A stretch of DNA of 64,000 nucleotides from an uncultured Endomicrobiia bacterium (GTDB lineage Bacteria > Elusimicrobiota > Endomicrobiia > DTEH01): contig CALJEJ010000064.1 in the NCBI GenBank assembly GCA_938074745.1, forward strand, positions 1,589 through 65,588, in the 5' to 3' direction. Shown piece by piece: positions 1 to 10,755 of the stretch; position 1 is the stretch's first letter, and each line of letters opens with the position of its first letter. The position numbers and the translations under genes were made by a program. A model generated the notes under the pieces. That model searched no databases. It was not told the DNA's origin and saw only the letters and a program-made list of their open reading frames with translations.

Positions 1-270
1 TGTATTTTTTGCAAATCTATGGTCTTTAAGTTCTTCGGTTTTTATAATTTTATGTTTTATTTTATGTTTTTTAAGAAACTTTTTGGCAAATTCTATTTCA
101 TCTTCGGGATAAGTTTCAGATAAAGCAGTTACAGCAAGAACTTCCTTGTTTAATAGTTTACAAAGGAACACAATTGTTCCGCTATCCACTCCGCCAGAAA
201 AAGCTACTATGATTTTGTTGTAGTTATTTATTAGGTTATAAAGATGTGTAATTTTAGTATTTAGCTTCAT
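1..270 (-). CDS. PP-loop ATPase, LarE/TIGR00268-like (N-terminal ~90 aa only; rest lies beyond window start)
   Basis: Reverse-complement translation from ATG at 270 reads MKLNTKITHLYNLINNYNKIIVAFSGGVDSGTIVF...; SGGVDS PP-loop motif. Confidence 0.5.
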   Translation of the reverse strand, partial: MKLNTKITHLYNLINNYNKIIVAFSGGVDSGTIVFLCKLLNKEVLAVTALSETYPEDEIEFAKKFLKKHKIKHKIIKTEELKDHRFAKNT

Positions 271-347
271 TATAATTCAATTGCTATGATTGAATTTTAT
301 TTATAAATTTATTAAAATTGTAGACAAATTGCAAGCACAAAAAAATT

Positions 348-1445
348 ATGAAACGGATTGTAATAAAGGTAGGTTCTCATTTAATTACTTTAGGTAAAGA
401 ACAATTTATTTCCTCTCTTGTAGCACAAATCCACGAACTAAAAAAACTTGGTTGTGAAGTTATATTAGTTTCTTCTGGTGCAATTGCTAGTGGTATTATG
501 GAGTACGACATAAATTTTCGTCCTAGTAATGTTGTAGAGAAACAAGTTTTAGCTTCTATAGGTCAGCCATTGTTAATGTTTAGATATATAGAAAAATTTA
601 AGAAATATGGTTACAAAGTGGCTCAAATACTCTTAACACGGGAAGATTTTGACAACAGGCAGCGATATTTGAACGTAAGAAATACACTAAGAAAATTGTT
701 AGACTGGGGTGTGATACCAATAATTAACGAAAATGATACTGTCGCTACAGAAGAAATTAAACTTGGTGATAACGACACACTTTCTGCTATTGTAGCATGT
801 AAACTAAATGCTGATTTGTTAATAATTCTTACTGACGTGGATGGTGTGTATGATAAGGACCCAAATCAATATCCTGATGCAAAAATTATTCCCGAGGTGA
901 CTGATTTTAATTGGATAAAAAAATTTTGTATGACGAAATATATAGCAAAAAGCACATTTTTTTGTGGCACAGGCGGAATGAAAACAAAACTTGTTGCGGC
1001 ACAGATGTGTTGGTTAAGCGGTGTTGAACTAGTTATAGCTAATGGATTACGACCTGCAGTAATATTGGACATCTACAACGGTAAAAATGTTGGTACAAGA
1101 TTTTCCCCTAAAGGGAAAGTTATAACTTCACGTAAACAATGGATAGCGTTTGGTAAAAAAATTGCCGGAAAAATTGTTATAGATAGTGGTGCAGTAAAAG
1201 CAATTACTCTTATGAATAAAAGTTTGTTACCTTCAGGTGTGAAAACTGTGGAAGGCAACTTTTCAGCTGGCGATGTAGTTTCGTTATGTGACGAGACAGG
1301 ACAAGAAATTGCCCGCGGAATTACTAATTTTAGTTCTTCAATGTTAGAAAAGATAAAAAATAAGAAAACTTCGGAGATTAAAAAAATTTTCCCTGAAATA
1401 ACTGTTGAAGAGGTTGTACATAAAGACAATCTTGTAGTACTCTAA
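348..1445 (+). CDS. proB: glutamate 5-kinase with C-terminal PUA domain
   Basis: 365 aa; amino-acid kinase fold motifs (IVIKVGS, VSSGA) plus PUA-like C-terminus. Confidence 0.85.
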   Translation: MKRIVIKVGSHLITLGKEQFISSLVAQIHELKKLGCEVILVSSGAIASGIMEYDINFRPSNVVEKQVLASIGQPLLMFRYIEKFKKYGYKVAQILLTREDFDNRQRYLNVRNTLRKLLDWGVIPIINENDTVATEEIKLGDNDTLSAIVACKLNADLLIILTDVDGVYDKDPNQYPDAKIIPEVTDFNWIKKFCMTKYIAKSTFFCGTGGMKTKLVAAQMCWLSGVELVIANGLRPAVILDIYNGKNVGTRFSPKGKVITSRKQWIAFGKKIAGKIVIDSGAVKAITLMNKSLLPSGVKTVEGNFSAGDVVSLCDETGQEIARGITNFSSSMLEKIKNKKTSEIKKIFPEITVEEVVHKDNLVVL

Positions 1446-1449
1446 AAAT

Positions 1450-2553
1450 ATGCAGATAGGAATAGTTGGCTTACCTAATGTAGGTAAGTCTACAATATTT
1501 TCTGTACTTACAAAAATTAGTGTAGCAATAGACAAGTTTCCGTTTACTACAATAAACCCTAACATAGGTATAGTTGCTAGAGTAGATGAACGACAAAATT
1601 TTCTTGCGGAACTGTTTCAGCCACAGAAAGTTACAGCAGCTACTATAAAATTTGTAGACATTGCAGGGTTAATTAAAGATGCTTCAAAAGGGGCCGGTCT
1701 CGGAAATAAATTTCTTGCTACAATCCGCGAAGTTGACGCTATAGTTCATGTATTAAGATATTTTAGTGATGATACTGTAACATCATCAATACAAAAAATT
1801 GACCCAATAGAAGAAATACAGGTAGTTAACACAGAATTGTGTATTGCAGATTTGGAAGTTTTAGAAAGGTATAATAACAAAATAATTCCAAAGGCATATA
1901 GTGGTGATACTTATGCCAAAGAACAGCTTGAAATTGTTTCTTTTCTTATAAAAACATTAAATAATGGTATTTTGTTGTCAAAAGTAAAAGACGAAATTGA
2001 ACTTAAATTAGAAAATAAACATAAAGAATTAAAATCGTTGATTTATCAATTATTGACCTATAAACCTAGGATGTATCTATTAAATTATGACGAAACAATA
2101 CCAAGAGAAAAACTTAATCAGATGAAACTTCTTATTGAAAATTTTACCAAAGACAAAACTCTATGTTTAGCAGGAAAGTTTGAACTAAGTTTACAAGAAA
2201 TGTCTTTAGAAGAACAAAAACAGTTTAGAGAGGAATATGGAATCCCGCCTGACGAACTGAACAATTTTATTCAGCAGGCTGTAGAGTTGTTAAACATGGT
2301 AACTTTTTACACCGCAGTGGGTACAGAACTACGTGCTTGGATGGTAAAAAAAGGTACTACAGTATACGAATCTGCTGGAAAAATACATTCTGATATGAAA
2401 GAAGGGTTTATAAATGCGGAAGTTTACAACTTTGTTGATTTAAAAAAATATGGTTCAATAAAAGCTCTTCAAGAGCATGGGTTGTTACGTATTGAAAGTA
2501 AAGATTATATAGTCCAAGATGGAGATATAATAAAAATAAACTTCCGTAAATAA
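1450..2553 (+). CDS. ychF: ribosome-binding ATPase YchF (Obg-family GTPase/ATPase with TGS domain)
   Basis: 367 aa; G1 motif GLPNVGKST, DIAGL G3 motif, C-terminal TGS-like region. Confidence 0.85.
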   Translation: MQIGIVGLPNVGKSTIFSVLTKISVAIDKFPFTTINPNIGIVARVDERQNFLAELFQPQKVTAATIKFVDIAGLIKDASKGAGLGNKFLATIREVDAIVHVLRYFSDDTVTSSIQKIDPIEEIQVVNTELCIADLEVLERYNNKIIPKAYSGDTYAKEQLEIVSFLIKTLNNGILLSKVKDEIELKLENKHKELKSLIYQLLTYKPRMYLLNYDETIPREKLNQMKLLIENFTKDKTLCLAGKFELSLQEMSLEEQKQFREEYGIPPDELNNFIQQAVELLNMVTFYTAVGTELRAWMVKKGTTVYESAGKIHSDMKEGFINAEVYNFVDLKKYGSIKALQEHGLLRIESKDYIVQDGDIIKINFRK

Positions 2554-2570
2554 CCCCCTATTACAAAAAG

Positions 2571-3227
2571 TTGAAATTAAACTGCCCAATTTTGTATAGT
2601 ATAAAAAGTATGGAAAAACAACAGAGATTAGCATTAGGACTGTTAAAAATAGGCGAACTTGCAGAAAAGTCAGGTCTACCTGTATCTACTATAAAATATT
2701 ACACTGACTTAGAACTGTTACGTGTCAGCGAGCATATGCCTGGCGGGTTCAGGTTGTATAACGAACGCGAATCATTGTTGAGGTTGAAACGTATTCGTGA
2801 GATGTTACAGCAGGGATACTCTATAAAAGAAATAAAAGCAAATATAGAAAAAATCTGTGTGTTAAAAGTTTTGATTATAGACGATGAAATAGAAGTCCAC
2901 GATTTTATAAAATCAGCCCTTACTGATTATAAAAATTTAGAAGTGAACTCTGTATATGACGGTTTTACTGCAGGTATGGTGGTTAAAGAGTATATGCCAG
3001 ATTTGGTAATTTTAGACCTTTTATTACCCGGAGTGGACGGGTTTAAAGTTTGTGCAAGTATAAAGAACGAACCACGACTTAAACATATAAAAATTCTTGT
3101 TATTACTGGCTACGACTCTAAAGAATATAGAGAAAAAGCTTTTAATTCAGGTGCAGATGATTATTTAGCTAAACCTATGGAATTAAAAGTTATTCGGGAG
3201 AAGATTACTTCTCTACTGAAATTATAA
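2571..3227 (+). CDS. MerR-type HTH fused to C-terminal CheY-like receiver domain (true start possibly Met at 2613)
   Basis: N-terminal LKIGELAEKSGLPVSTIKYYTDLELL MerR HTH; C-terminal VLIIDDE...LVILDLLLPGVDGF...KILVITG receiver motifs. Confidence 0.6.
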   Translation: MKLNCPILYSIKSMEKQQRLALGLLKIGELAEKSGLPVSTIKYYTDLELLRVSEHMPGGFRLYNERESLLRLKRIREMLQQGYSIKEIKANIEKICVLKVLIIDDEIEVHDFIKSALTDYKNLEVNSVYDGFTAGMVVKEYMPDLVILDLLLPGVDGFKVCASIKNEPRLKHIKILVITGYDSKEYREKAFNSGADDYLAKPMELKVIREKITSLLKL

Positions 3228-3262
3228 ATTTAAACTTACCCAATTCTAATTTAAGCAAAAAT

Positions 3263-4468
3263 ATGACAGAAAATTTGCAACGTACAGAGGCTATCCTACT
3301 ACTTGAAACCGGTGCTTACTTTACAGGGAACATTTTTGGCCATTTTGCTGAAACATTCGGTGAAGTAGTGTTTAACACAGCAGTTGTAGGATATGAAGAA
3401 GTTCTTACTGACCCGTCGTATAAAGGACAAATTGTAGTAATGACATACCCACATATTGGTAATTATGGTATAACTTATAGCGATTTTGAATCATTTCATC
3501 CTTGGGTAGAAGGGTTTGTAGTAAACGAATTAAGCAGTATTTGTTCCAACTGGCGTGCTAAAGAACATCTTGAGAAATTGTTTAAAAAGTACAAAATTGT
3601 AGGTATACAAAATGTTGACACACGCGCGTTAACAAAGTATATTCGTGACAACGGAGCGTTACGTGGAGTAATTACTCCGTTAGACGAAAAAGGCTTAACA
3701 CCAACTTTTTTAAAAAAGCTGTTAACTCGTGTCCGAGAGTACCCTAAAATTGAACAACAAGATTTAGTTAAACTTGTGCGTTGTAAAAAAGAAATACAAA
3801 CTTTAGAGTTGGACAAAATTCTAAATAAAAAAGTTGAGACAGGAATGTACAAAGTTGTTGTGTTAGACTGTGGCTGCAAATTTAATATTTTAAGGTTATT
3901 ACGAAGTTATGGTTGTGAACTTATAGTTGTTCCTGCAAATACTCAGTTAGAAAAAATTTTAAGTTACCGTCCCGACGGAATATTCCTTTCCAACGGTCCT
4001 GGCGATCCTGAAAGTGTACCATATGTATTTACTACTATAGAAAAACTTATTCAATACGAACAATCAAGTAAGGATTATATTCCTATTTTTGGTATTTGTT
4101 TAGGCCACCAAATGATAGCTTTAGCATTGGGTGGAAAAACTTTTAAATTAAAATTTGGCCATCACGGGATAAACCATCCAGTGAAAAATCTTGTCACACA
4201 GAAAATAGAAATTACTTCACAAAACCATAATTTTGCAGTAAAAATTTATCAAAAACAAAACAAATGGTTCGTAGAAGGAAACAACGAACTTGAAGTAACA
4301 CATTTAAACTTAAATGATTACTCGTGTGAAGGGATAAGACATAAATCGTTACCAATTTTTTCAGTTCAGTATCATCCTGAAGCATCTCCCGGACCTAACG
4401 ATAGCAAATTTTTATTTCAACAGTTTATAGATATGATAAAAGAATATAAAACAGGGAAGTTAATATAA
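3263..4468 (+). CDS. carA: carbamoyl-phosphate synthase small (glutamine amidotransferase) subunit
   Basis: 401 aa; class-I GATase triad region GICLGHQ...HNF..; 2-nt gap to carB. Confidence 0.9.
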   Translation: MTENLQRTEAILLLETGAYFTGNIFGHFAETFGEVVFNTAVVGYEEVLTDPSYKGQIVVMTYPHIGNYGITYSDFESFHPWVEGFVVNELSSICSNWRAKEHLEKLFKKYKIVGIQNVDTRALTKYIRDNGALRGVITPLDEKGLTPTFLKKLLTRVREYPKIEQQDLVKLVRCKKEIQTLELDKILNKKVETGMYKVVVLDCGCKFNILRLLRSYGCELIVVPANTQLEKILSYRPDGIFLSNGPGDPESVPYVFTTIEKLIQYEQSSKDYIPIFGICLGHQMIALALGGKTFKLKFGHHGINHPVKNLVTQKIEITSQNHNFAVKIYQKQNKWFVEGNNELEVTHLNLNDYSCEGIRHKSLPIFSVQYHPEASPGPNDSKFLFQQFIDMIKEYKTGKLI

Positions 4469-4469
4469 T

Positions 4470-7400
4470 ATGCCAAAAAGAAAAGATATAAAAAAGATTT
4501 TAGTTATAGGTTCTGGCCCTATTGTAATTGGTCAAGCGTGCGAATTTGATTATTCAGGTACACAGGCAATAAAAGTGTTAAAAAAAGAAGGCTACAAAAT
4601 TGTCCTTGTGAACTCAAATCCTGCAACAATAATGACAGACCCGGAATTTGCCGACGCAACTTATATAGAACCCCTAATCCCTGAAGTTTTGGAAAAAATT
4701 ATCCAAAAAGAACGTCCTGAAGGGTTGTTGTCAACTTTAGGTGGACAGACAGCGTTAAACCTTACAGTACAACTTGCAGAAGCTGGTGTTTTAGAAAAGT
4801 TTGGAGTGGAAGTTCTTGGTGCAAAAATTGATGCAATAAAACGTGGTGAAGATAGGAAATTGTTTAAAGAGACGATGTTATCTATAGGACTTGATGTACC
4901 AAAAAGTGGTTTTGCTTACAATTTATCCCAAGCAGAAGAAATAGCAACAAAAATAGGTTTCCCATTAATTATTCGTCCTTCGTTTACTTTAGGTGGGACA
5001 GGGTCAAAAATTGTGTTTAACAAAGAAGAGTTTATAGATTCTGCTCGTGAAGCGTTGAACTCAAGTATGATTTCTGAAATACTTATTGAAGAATATCTTG
5101 ATGGATGGAAAGAATATGAAATGGAAGTTATGAGAGATAAAAATGACAATTGTATTGTAGTATGTTCTATAGAAAATTTTGACCCTATGGGAGTTCACAC
5201 GGGAGATTCTATCACTGTAGCGCCTGCACAAACATTAACTGATAAAGAATACCAGATGATGAGAGATGCGTCATTTAAATGTATTCGTGCGATAGGTGTA
5301 GAGACAGGCGGTTCTAATATACAGTTTGCAGTGCATCCACACACAGGCAGAATGGTAATTATAGAAATGAACCCGCGTGTTTCAAGATCATCTGCGTTAG
5401 CGTCAAAAGCAACAGGTTTCCCAATTGCAAAAATAGCCGCATTGCTTGCTGTAGGTTATACTTTGGACGAAATACCTAACGATATTACTAAAAAAACGCC
5501 TGCTTGTTTTGAACCTACAATAGACTATGTAGTGGTAAAAATTCCGCGGTTCGCATTTGAAAAATTTAGGCCTGTGTTACCAAGAACTTATAATGCTAAA
5601 GCGGATAGTTGGTCACACGAAATTTTAGGTTCACAAATGAAATCTATTGGAGAAGTAATGGCAATAGGACGAAATTTTAAAGAAGCTCTGCAGAAAGCTA
5701 TCCGTGGATTAGAGATTGGTCGGTATGGTCTTGGAGCAGACGGGTTAGGCCAGGTTTCTATTGTAGAAAAATTAATCACGCAAAATACCAAACAAAAAGA
5801 AGAATATATAGAACTTGTAAAATACAAACTTAGGTATCCAAATTGTGACCGTATATTTAATATCAAATACGCATTACAACTTGGTTTAACAGAAGAAGAA
5901 ATTTCAGAAATTTCTAAAATTGACAGATGGTTCATCCACCAAATAAAAGAAATTGTAGATATGGAAAATACAATAAGACAACAGAGTAATTACGTAAAAA
6001 AAGATAAAAACAAAATGGTTTCGCTTATAAAGAAAGCAAAAAAGTTTGGTTTCTCTGATTATCAGTTAGCATACTTATTGGAGGTTCCAGAACAAAAAAT
6101 AAGACAGCTAAGAATAAAAAATAACATTTTGCCAAACTATAAAGTAGTAGACACTTGTGCTGCAGAATTTGAAGCGTACACACCATATTTTTACTCCACG
6201 TATGATGGTATAGAAGATTCTTTACGTAACGACTTACTTTTGGAAGACAAAAAAAGCTGGAAGAAATATTTTGATGAAACAGATACTGAAGTTAACACAC
6301 AGAAAAAATATAAAGGTAAAGTTATAGTTCTTGGTTCAGGACCAAACCGTATAGGTCAAGGGATAGAATTTGACTATTGTTGTGTTCATTCTGTTATGGC
6401 ACTACGAGAGGAAGGGTTTAAATCTATAATGGTAAACTGTAATCCTGAAACTGTTTCTACTGATTACGACATTTCTGACAAATTATATTTTGAACCAATA
6501 ACATTGGAAGATGTTTATAACATTTATAAAAAAGAACTACAGATTAATGATACAAAGTTTTATGGTGTAATACTACAATTTGGTGGTCAGACACCACTTA
6601 ATATAGCATTGAAATTAAAATCTTGTGGTATAAAAATTTTAGGTACACAACCTGAATCTATTGCTTTAGCTGAAGATAGGGAACTTTTTGCTAAAGTTTT
6701 AGCAAAACTGAAACTACCCTACCCACCTCACGGAAAAGCAACAAATTTAGAAGAGGCGTATAAAGTTGTTCGTCAGATAGGATATCCGGTAATTGTTCGT
6801 CCGTCGTATGTTTTAGGTGGCCGAGCAATGGAAATAGTATATGATGACAGTATGTTGGAAAAATATTTAACCAACGCTTTCTCAGCACAAACAGATAAAG
6901 AAGTGCCGAACATCGTGTTAATTGACAAATTTTTAGAGAACGCAAAAGAACTTGATGTAGATGCGTTGGTAGATAATAAAGAAGTGTTTATTGCAGGAAT
7001 TATGGAACATATAGAAGCAGCAGGGATACACTCCGGAGATAGTGCTTGTGTAACACCGCCAGTATCTTTGTCCCACCAACAGATAAAAGTTATAGAAGAA
7101 TATGTTAGAATACTATCACGAAAGTTAGGTGTTATTGGGTTAATGAATTTACAATTGGCGATAAAAGATTCTACAATATATATCTTAGAAGTCAATCCGA
7201 GAGCTTCTCGGACAGTACCATATATCTCAAAATCTATAGGTGTACCAATTGCAAAACTTGCAACAAAAATCTTGCTCGGCTACAAAATAAAAGATTTAAC
7301 AAACCAATACCCAAGTTTGGTAAAAAAAAGTTATAAATTACCATATTATACTGTTAAAGAAGTGGTTTTACCATTCCATAAATTTTCTTACACTGACGCA

Positions 7401-7940
7401 ATCCTTTCACCAGAAATGAAATCTACCGGAGAAGTTATGGGTATTGACAAGACATTTCCTATGGCATACGCAAAATCACAATATGCAGCAGGTGCTACTA
7501 TCTCGTTTAACAGTAAAATCCTTGTAAGTCTAAGTAAGACAACTAGACCTAAATCGTTAAAAATAGTTAGAGAATTAGTTAATCTTGGGTTTGAAATACT
7601 TGCCACTTCAGGAACTGCAAAGTATCTTTTAGAACATAAAATAAATTGTTCTAAAGTTAATAAACTTTCTGAAGGAAGACCTAATGTCGTAGATATCATC
7701 TCAAACCGTGAAGTAAGTATGGTGATAAATACACCAACACAAAAAGGTGAATCGTTCAGCGACGGATATTATATCCGTCGCACTGCTATTATGAACAATA
7801 TACCTGTGATAACCACTTTAGAAGCAGCAGAATGTATCGTAGAATCAATAAAAGAACTGAAACAAAAATATAATGTGTTAACTTCAAAAATAGATTTTGA
7901 AGTTAGGTCATTACAAGAATGGTATAAAATGATAGTATAG
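4470..7940 (+). CDS. carB: carbamoyl-phosphate synthase large subunit (1156 aa, longer than usual because of an insertion in the central region)
   Basis: Two ATP-grasp halves ([19 protein letters not shown] and [18 protein letters not shown]), MGS-like C-terminus. Confidence 0.9.
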   Translation: MPKRKDIKKILVIGSGPIVIGQACEFDYSGTQAIKVLKKEGYKIVLVNSNPATIMTDPEFADATYIEPLIPEVLEKIIQKERPEGLLSTLGGQTALNLTVQLAEAGVLEKFGVEVLGAKIDAIKRGEDRKLFKETMLSIGLDVPKSGFAYNLSQAEEIATKIGFPLIIRPSFTLGGTGSKIVFNKEEFIDSAREALNSSMISEILIEEYLDGWKEYEMEVMRDKNDNCIVVCSIENFDPMGVHTGDSITVAPAQTLTDKEYQMMRDASFKCIRAIGVETGGSNIQFAVHPHTGRMVIIEMNPRVSRSSALASKATGFPIAKIAALLAVGYTLDEIPNDITKKTPACFEPTIDYVVVKIPRFAFEKFRPVLPRTYNAKADSWSHEILGSQMKSIGEVMAIGRNFKEALQKAIRGLEIGRYGLGADGLGQVSIVEKLITQNTKQKEEYIELVKYKLRYPNCDRIFNIKYALQLGLTEEEISEISKIDRWFIHQIKEIVDMENTIRQQSNYVKKDKNKMVSLIKKAKKFGFSDYQLAYLLEVPEQKIRQLRIKNNILPNYKVVDTCAAEFEAYTPYFYSTYDGIEDSLRNDLLLEDKKSWKKYFDETDTEVNTQKKYKGKVIVLGSGPNRIGQGIEFDYCCVHSVMALREEGFKSIMVNCNPETVSTDYDISDKLYFEPITLEDVYNIYKKELQINDTKFYGVILQFGGQTPLNIALKLKSCGIKILGTQPESIALAEDRELFAKVLAKLKLPYPPHGKATNLEEAYKVVRQIGYPVIVRPSYVLGGRAMEIVYDDSMLEKYLTNAFSAQTDKEVPNIVLIDKFLENAKELDVDALVDNKEVFIAGIMEHIEAAGIHSGDSACVTPPVSLSHQQIKVIEEYVRILSRKLGVIGLMNLQLAIKDSTIYILEVNPRASRTVPYISKSIGVPIAKLATKILLGYKIKDLTNQYPSLVKKSYKLPYYTVKEVVLPFHKFSYTDAILSPEMKSTGEVMGIDKTFPMAYAKSQYAAGATISFNSKILVSLSKTTRPKSLKIVRELVNLGFEILATSGTAKYLLEHKINCSKVNKLSEGRPNVVDIISNREVSMVINTPTQKGESFSDGYYIRRTAIMNNIPVITTLEAAECIVESIKELKQKYNVLTSKIDFEVRSLQEWYKMIV

Positions 7941-7957
7941 TTTAATTTTAAAATATA

Positions 7958-7986
7958 TTGCAAGTAGATTTATATTTTGGTATATA
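7958..7986 (+). promoter_or_regulatory. candidate sigma70-type promoter: TTGCAA, 17-nt spacer, TATATA, upstream of the 8040 receiver gene
   Basis: Hexamers and spacing read directly; no experimental support. Confidence 0.25.
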
Positions 7987-8039
7987 AAAACAGCAACAAC
8001 CTATGTCAAAATCTCTGCTAAATATTAGTTGTCATAATT

Positions 8040-8516
8040 ATGAACAACCAATCTTCTCAAGATTTAAAATTTTCGCCATCAACAAAACTTATATTTATTA
8101 TTGACGACGAAGATATTGTAGTAGAATTTTTAAAACACTATTTAGAATTTCAAGGTTTCAAAGTAGATTTTGCTTACGATGGTATCTCAGGGTTAGAAAA
8201 AATAAAAACATTGAAACCAGATTTAATAATCTTAGATGCGATGTTGCCAAAAAAGTCGGGTTATGAACTTGTTAAATTGTTACAACAAAATTTTGAGTTA
8301 AAAAAAATCCCTATAATAGTTATCACAGGGAAATTCCATGATATAGACACACAAAGAATGTTTCTTTATGAACCTAACGTGAAAGAATTTATATTAAAAC
8401 CAATCCAGCCGGATCATTTAATTGCAAAAATTCATATGTTATTACATACACAACCTAAAGAAGAAATGGTAGCTGAAGAAAAAGCAAAAAAATTTAAAGA
8501 AAAGTATGAACAATAA
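8040..8516 (+). CDS. single-domain response regulator (CheY-like receiver)
   Basis: IIDDED...IILDAMLP...IIVITGK...ILKP receiver motifs; no output domain. Confidence 0.75.
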   Translation: MNNQSSQDLKFSPSTKLIFIIDDEDIVVEFLKHYLEFQGFKVDFAYDGISGLEKIKTLKPDLIILDAMLPKKSGYELVKLLQQNFELKKIPIIVITGKFHDIDTQRMFLYEPNVKEFILKPIQPDHLIAKIHMLLHTQPKEEMVAEEKAKKFKEKYEQ

Positions 8517-9021
8517 ACCTCTCTCTGAAAAAGAGTTTAAAAACAACTTTTTTATAAGTTTTGTCAAACGCAATTTGTCTACTATAATTTTTGTAATTAT
8601 TGGTATAATTTTGGTATATGTGGCTATATATATTGATGTGATACTAAGAGCACGTAGCGCTTACTTAGAAGCAGAGAAATATATGTACTGGTATAGAAAC
8701 CCACAAAAAAAAGTTGAATATTTTGAAAACAAATATGAACAAGAAAGAAAACAGTTAGAAAAACTGTTTTCTAAAGGTAAAATTTCTAAAGAAGATTACG
8801 AATTAAAATTGGAACTTTTAGAATTTAAAAAACAAAGACAAATTGAAGAAAGTTCGTTGAAATATGCATATATATGGTATAAAACAGTAATAGATTTGTT
8901 TACACCGCCGGAATCTAAATGGGTAAAACTTGCCAGAAAAAAAGTTTCTGAAGCAAAAGAGTTATGGAGGAAAGAGTTAGAATCTAAAGGATATAAAGTT
9001 GAAGATTATATGATTGAATAA
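8506..9021 (+). CDS. hypothetical membrane-anchored coiled-coil protein
   Basis: One N-terminal TM helix, K/E-rich remainder; 11-nt overlap with upstream gene. Confidence 0.45.
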   Translation: MNNKPLSEKEFKNNFFISFVKRNLSTIIFVIIGIILVYVAIYIDVILRARSAYLEAEKYMYWYRNPQKKVEYFENKYEQERKQLEKLFSKGKISKEDYELKLELLEFKKQRQIEESSLKYAYIWYKTVIDLFTPPESKWVKLARKKVSEAKELWRKELESKGYKVEDYMIE

Positions 9022-9024
9022 AAT

Positions 9025-9378
9025 ATGTATACAAAATTTTTAAAATCAAAACTACAAGGTCTTGTAGTTACAGAAAAAAATTTGCATTACAGCGGGTCTA
9101 TAAAACTTGATTCTGAATTTATTGAAAAAGGGAAATTACAACCGTACGAATCAGTGTTGGTAATTAACCTTTCTAATGGAGAACGGTTTGAAACCTATGT
9201 AATTCCTGCTAAAAAAGGAACAAAAACTGTAGGGTTACAAGGTGGTACTGCACGGCTCGGCGAAGTCGGTGATAAACTTATCATAATGTCTTTCGTTTAT
9301 ATTTCAGAAAACGAAAAAATTCCCCCACCTACAGTATTGCTGTTTGACGAAAAAAATAATATAAAAACTAACAAATGA
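9025..9378 (+). CDS. panD: aspartate 1-decarboxylase (pyruvoyl-dependent)
   Basis: 117 aa; LHYSGSI self-cleavage (Gly-Ser) site and PanD-like order of motifs. Confidence 0.85.
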   Translation: MYTKFLKSKLQGLVVTEKNLHYSGSIKLDSEFIEKGKLQPYESVLVINLSNGERFETYVIPAKKGTKTVGLQGGTARLGEVGDKLIIMSFVYISENEKIPPPTVLLFDEKNNIKTNK

Positions 9379-10748
9379 ACCTTTTGCTCAAGAACGGGTT
9401 TGTAGTTTCTGAAAAATTTTATGGAAAATACGATATTCTAATCCATCAAAAAAAAATTAAAAAAGTTCAAAAACATATCTCGCCACAAGATAAAAAAGTA
9501 GCTATAATTGACGCTACAGGAAAACTTATTTTCCCGGGAATTATAGATGTACATACACATTTTCTACTTAAAGGTTATGGGTCACAAACTGTGGAAAATT
9601 TTTTTACAGGGACAAAAACAGCGTTGTGTAGCGGTATCACAACTATAATTGATTATATTATCCCTCAAAACAAAAAAGAAACATTAATTTCTGCGTTTCA
9701 CAGACGACTTTCTGAAGTTAAAAAAAGTTTCGTAGATTACTCTTTCCATTCACAGATTATCAGTTGGGACAAAAATTCTTGTAAACAGATTAACAAAATT
9801 ATTTCTTTAGGAATAAAAAGTTTTAAAGTGTTCTTGCCAAAAACAGAAAATTGGTATATTGATGAGAAAACTTTAGTTAGTATTATTAAAGAATTATCAA
9901 AATATGAAGATGTGGTTCTTGAATTACATTGCGAAGATAGTCAAATTATAGAAACTTCTACACAACAACTTTTAAATTCAGGCAAGTTGAAAGTAAAATA
10001 TTTCCCATTCTCCAGACCAAATAAAGCAGAATATGAATCTGTCCGTAAAGTTTTTTCTATAGCCAACAATTATGATATTAAAATTTATATAGTTCACATT
10101 AGTAGCAAAGAAACATTAAGAGAGATAAATTTATGGCGAAAGAAAAAAAATTCTAAATTTACAATTTATGCAGAAACTTGTCCACAGTATCTTACTTTTA
10201 CCAACGAAGTGTTTAAACACAAAAATGGTTATCTTTACACTTGTTGTCCACCGATAAAGTCTTATTCAGACAGAGAATCTTTATGGTCTGCAGTAAGAAA
10301 AAATATTATAAATGTAATCGCTACAGACAATTGTGTATTTTCAAAAGATATAAAATATAACTTTAGGAACAATTTTTTAAAAATTCCCATGGGCCTTCCG
10401 GGTTGTTCTGTATTATTATATTCAGTATTTACTGGCGGAATTAAACGAAAAATACCTATACGAACTTTAATAAAATGTTTAACTTCTAACCCGGCAAAAA
10501 TTTTCGGGTTATACCCGAAAAAAGGTGATTTGATACCTAACAAAAGTGATGCTGATATTGTAATTTTTGACCCTCAACAAAAATGGAAAGTAAGTTTAAA
10601 AAAACTTCCTACAGTGGCAGATTATACCCCGTACGAAAATATGGTATTCCAAGGTAAAATAGAAACAGTGATTTTTAAAGGAAAAATCGTAGTTAATAAA
10701 GGAAAACTTGTAAACTTTATTCCACAAGGAGAATTTATAAAGAGGTAG
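9375..10748 (+). CDS. cyclic amidohydrolase (dihydropyrimidinase/hydantoinase/dihydroorotase family)
   Basis: 457 aa; GIIDVHTHF metal-binding motif, SFKVF carboxylated-lysine motif; overlaps panD stop. Confidence 0.7.
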   Translation: MNLLLKNGFVVSEKFYGKYDILIHQKKIKKVQKHISPQDKKVAIIDATGKLIFPGIIDVHTHFLLKGYGSQTVENFFTGTKTALCSGITTIIDYIIPQNKKETLISAFHRRLSEVKKSFVDYSFHSQIISWDKNSCKQINKIISLGIKSFKVFLPKTENWYIDEKTLVSIIKELSKYEDVVLELHCEDSQIIETSTQQLLNSGKLKVKYFPFSRPNKAEYESVRKVFSIANNYDIKIYIVHISSKETLREINLWRKKKNSKFTIYAETCPQYLTFTNEVFKHKNGYLYTCCPPIKSYSDRESLWSAVRKNIINVIATDNCVFSKDIKYNFRNNFLKIPMGLPGCSVLLYSVFTGGIKRKIPIRTLIKCLTSNPAKIFGLYPKKGDLIPNKSDADIVIFDPQQKWKVSLKKLPTVADYTPYENMVFQGKIETVIFKGKIVVNKGKLVNFIPQGEFIKR

Positions 10749-10755
10749 AATTTTT

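Noticed and set aside
4470-7940. carB length (1156 aa) as a possible fusion or insertion of a foreign domain
   Set aside because: The extra ~80 residues sit in the variable linker or oligomerisation region and are K/E/D-rich low complexity. No independent domain is evident. It is most likely lineage-specific length variation.
866-7963. Numerous 60-140-aa minus-strand ORFs inside proB, carA and carB (e.g. 1073-1429, 3496-3879, 6773-7195)
   Set aside because: All are antisense to long, well-supported genes and show low-complexity, Ser/Ile-rich translations typical of AT-rich antisense frames. No motif support.
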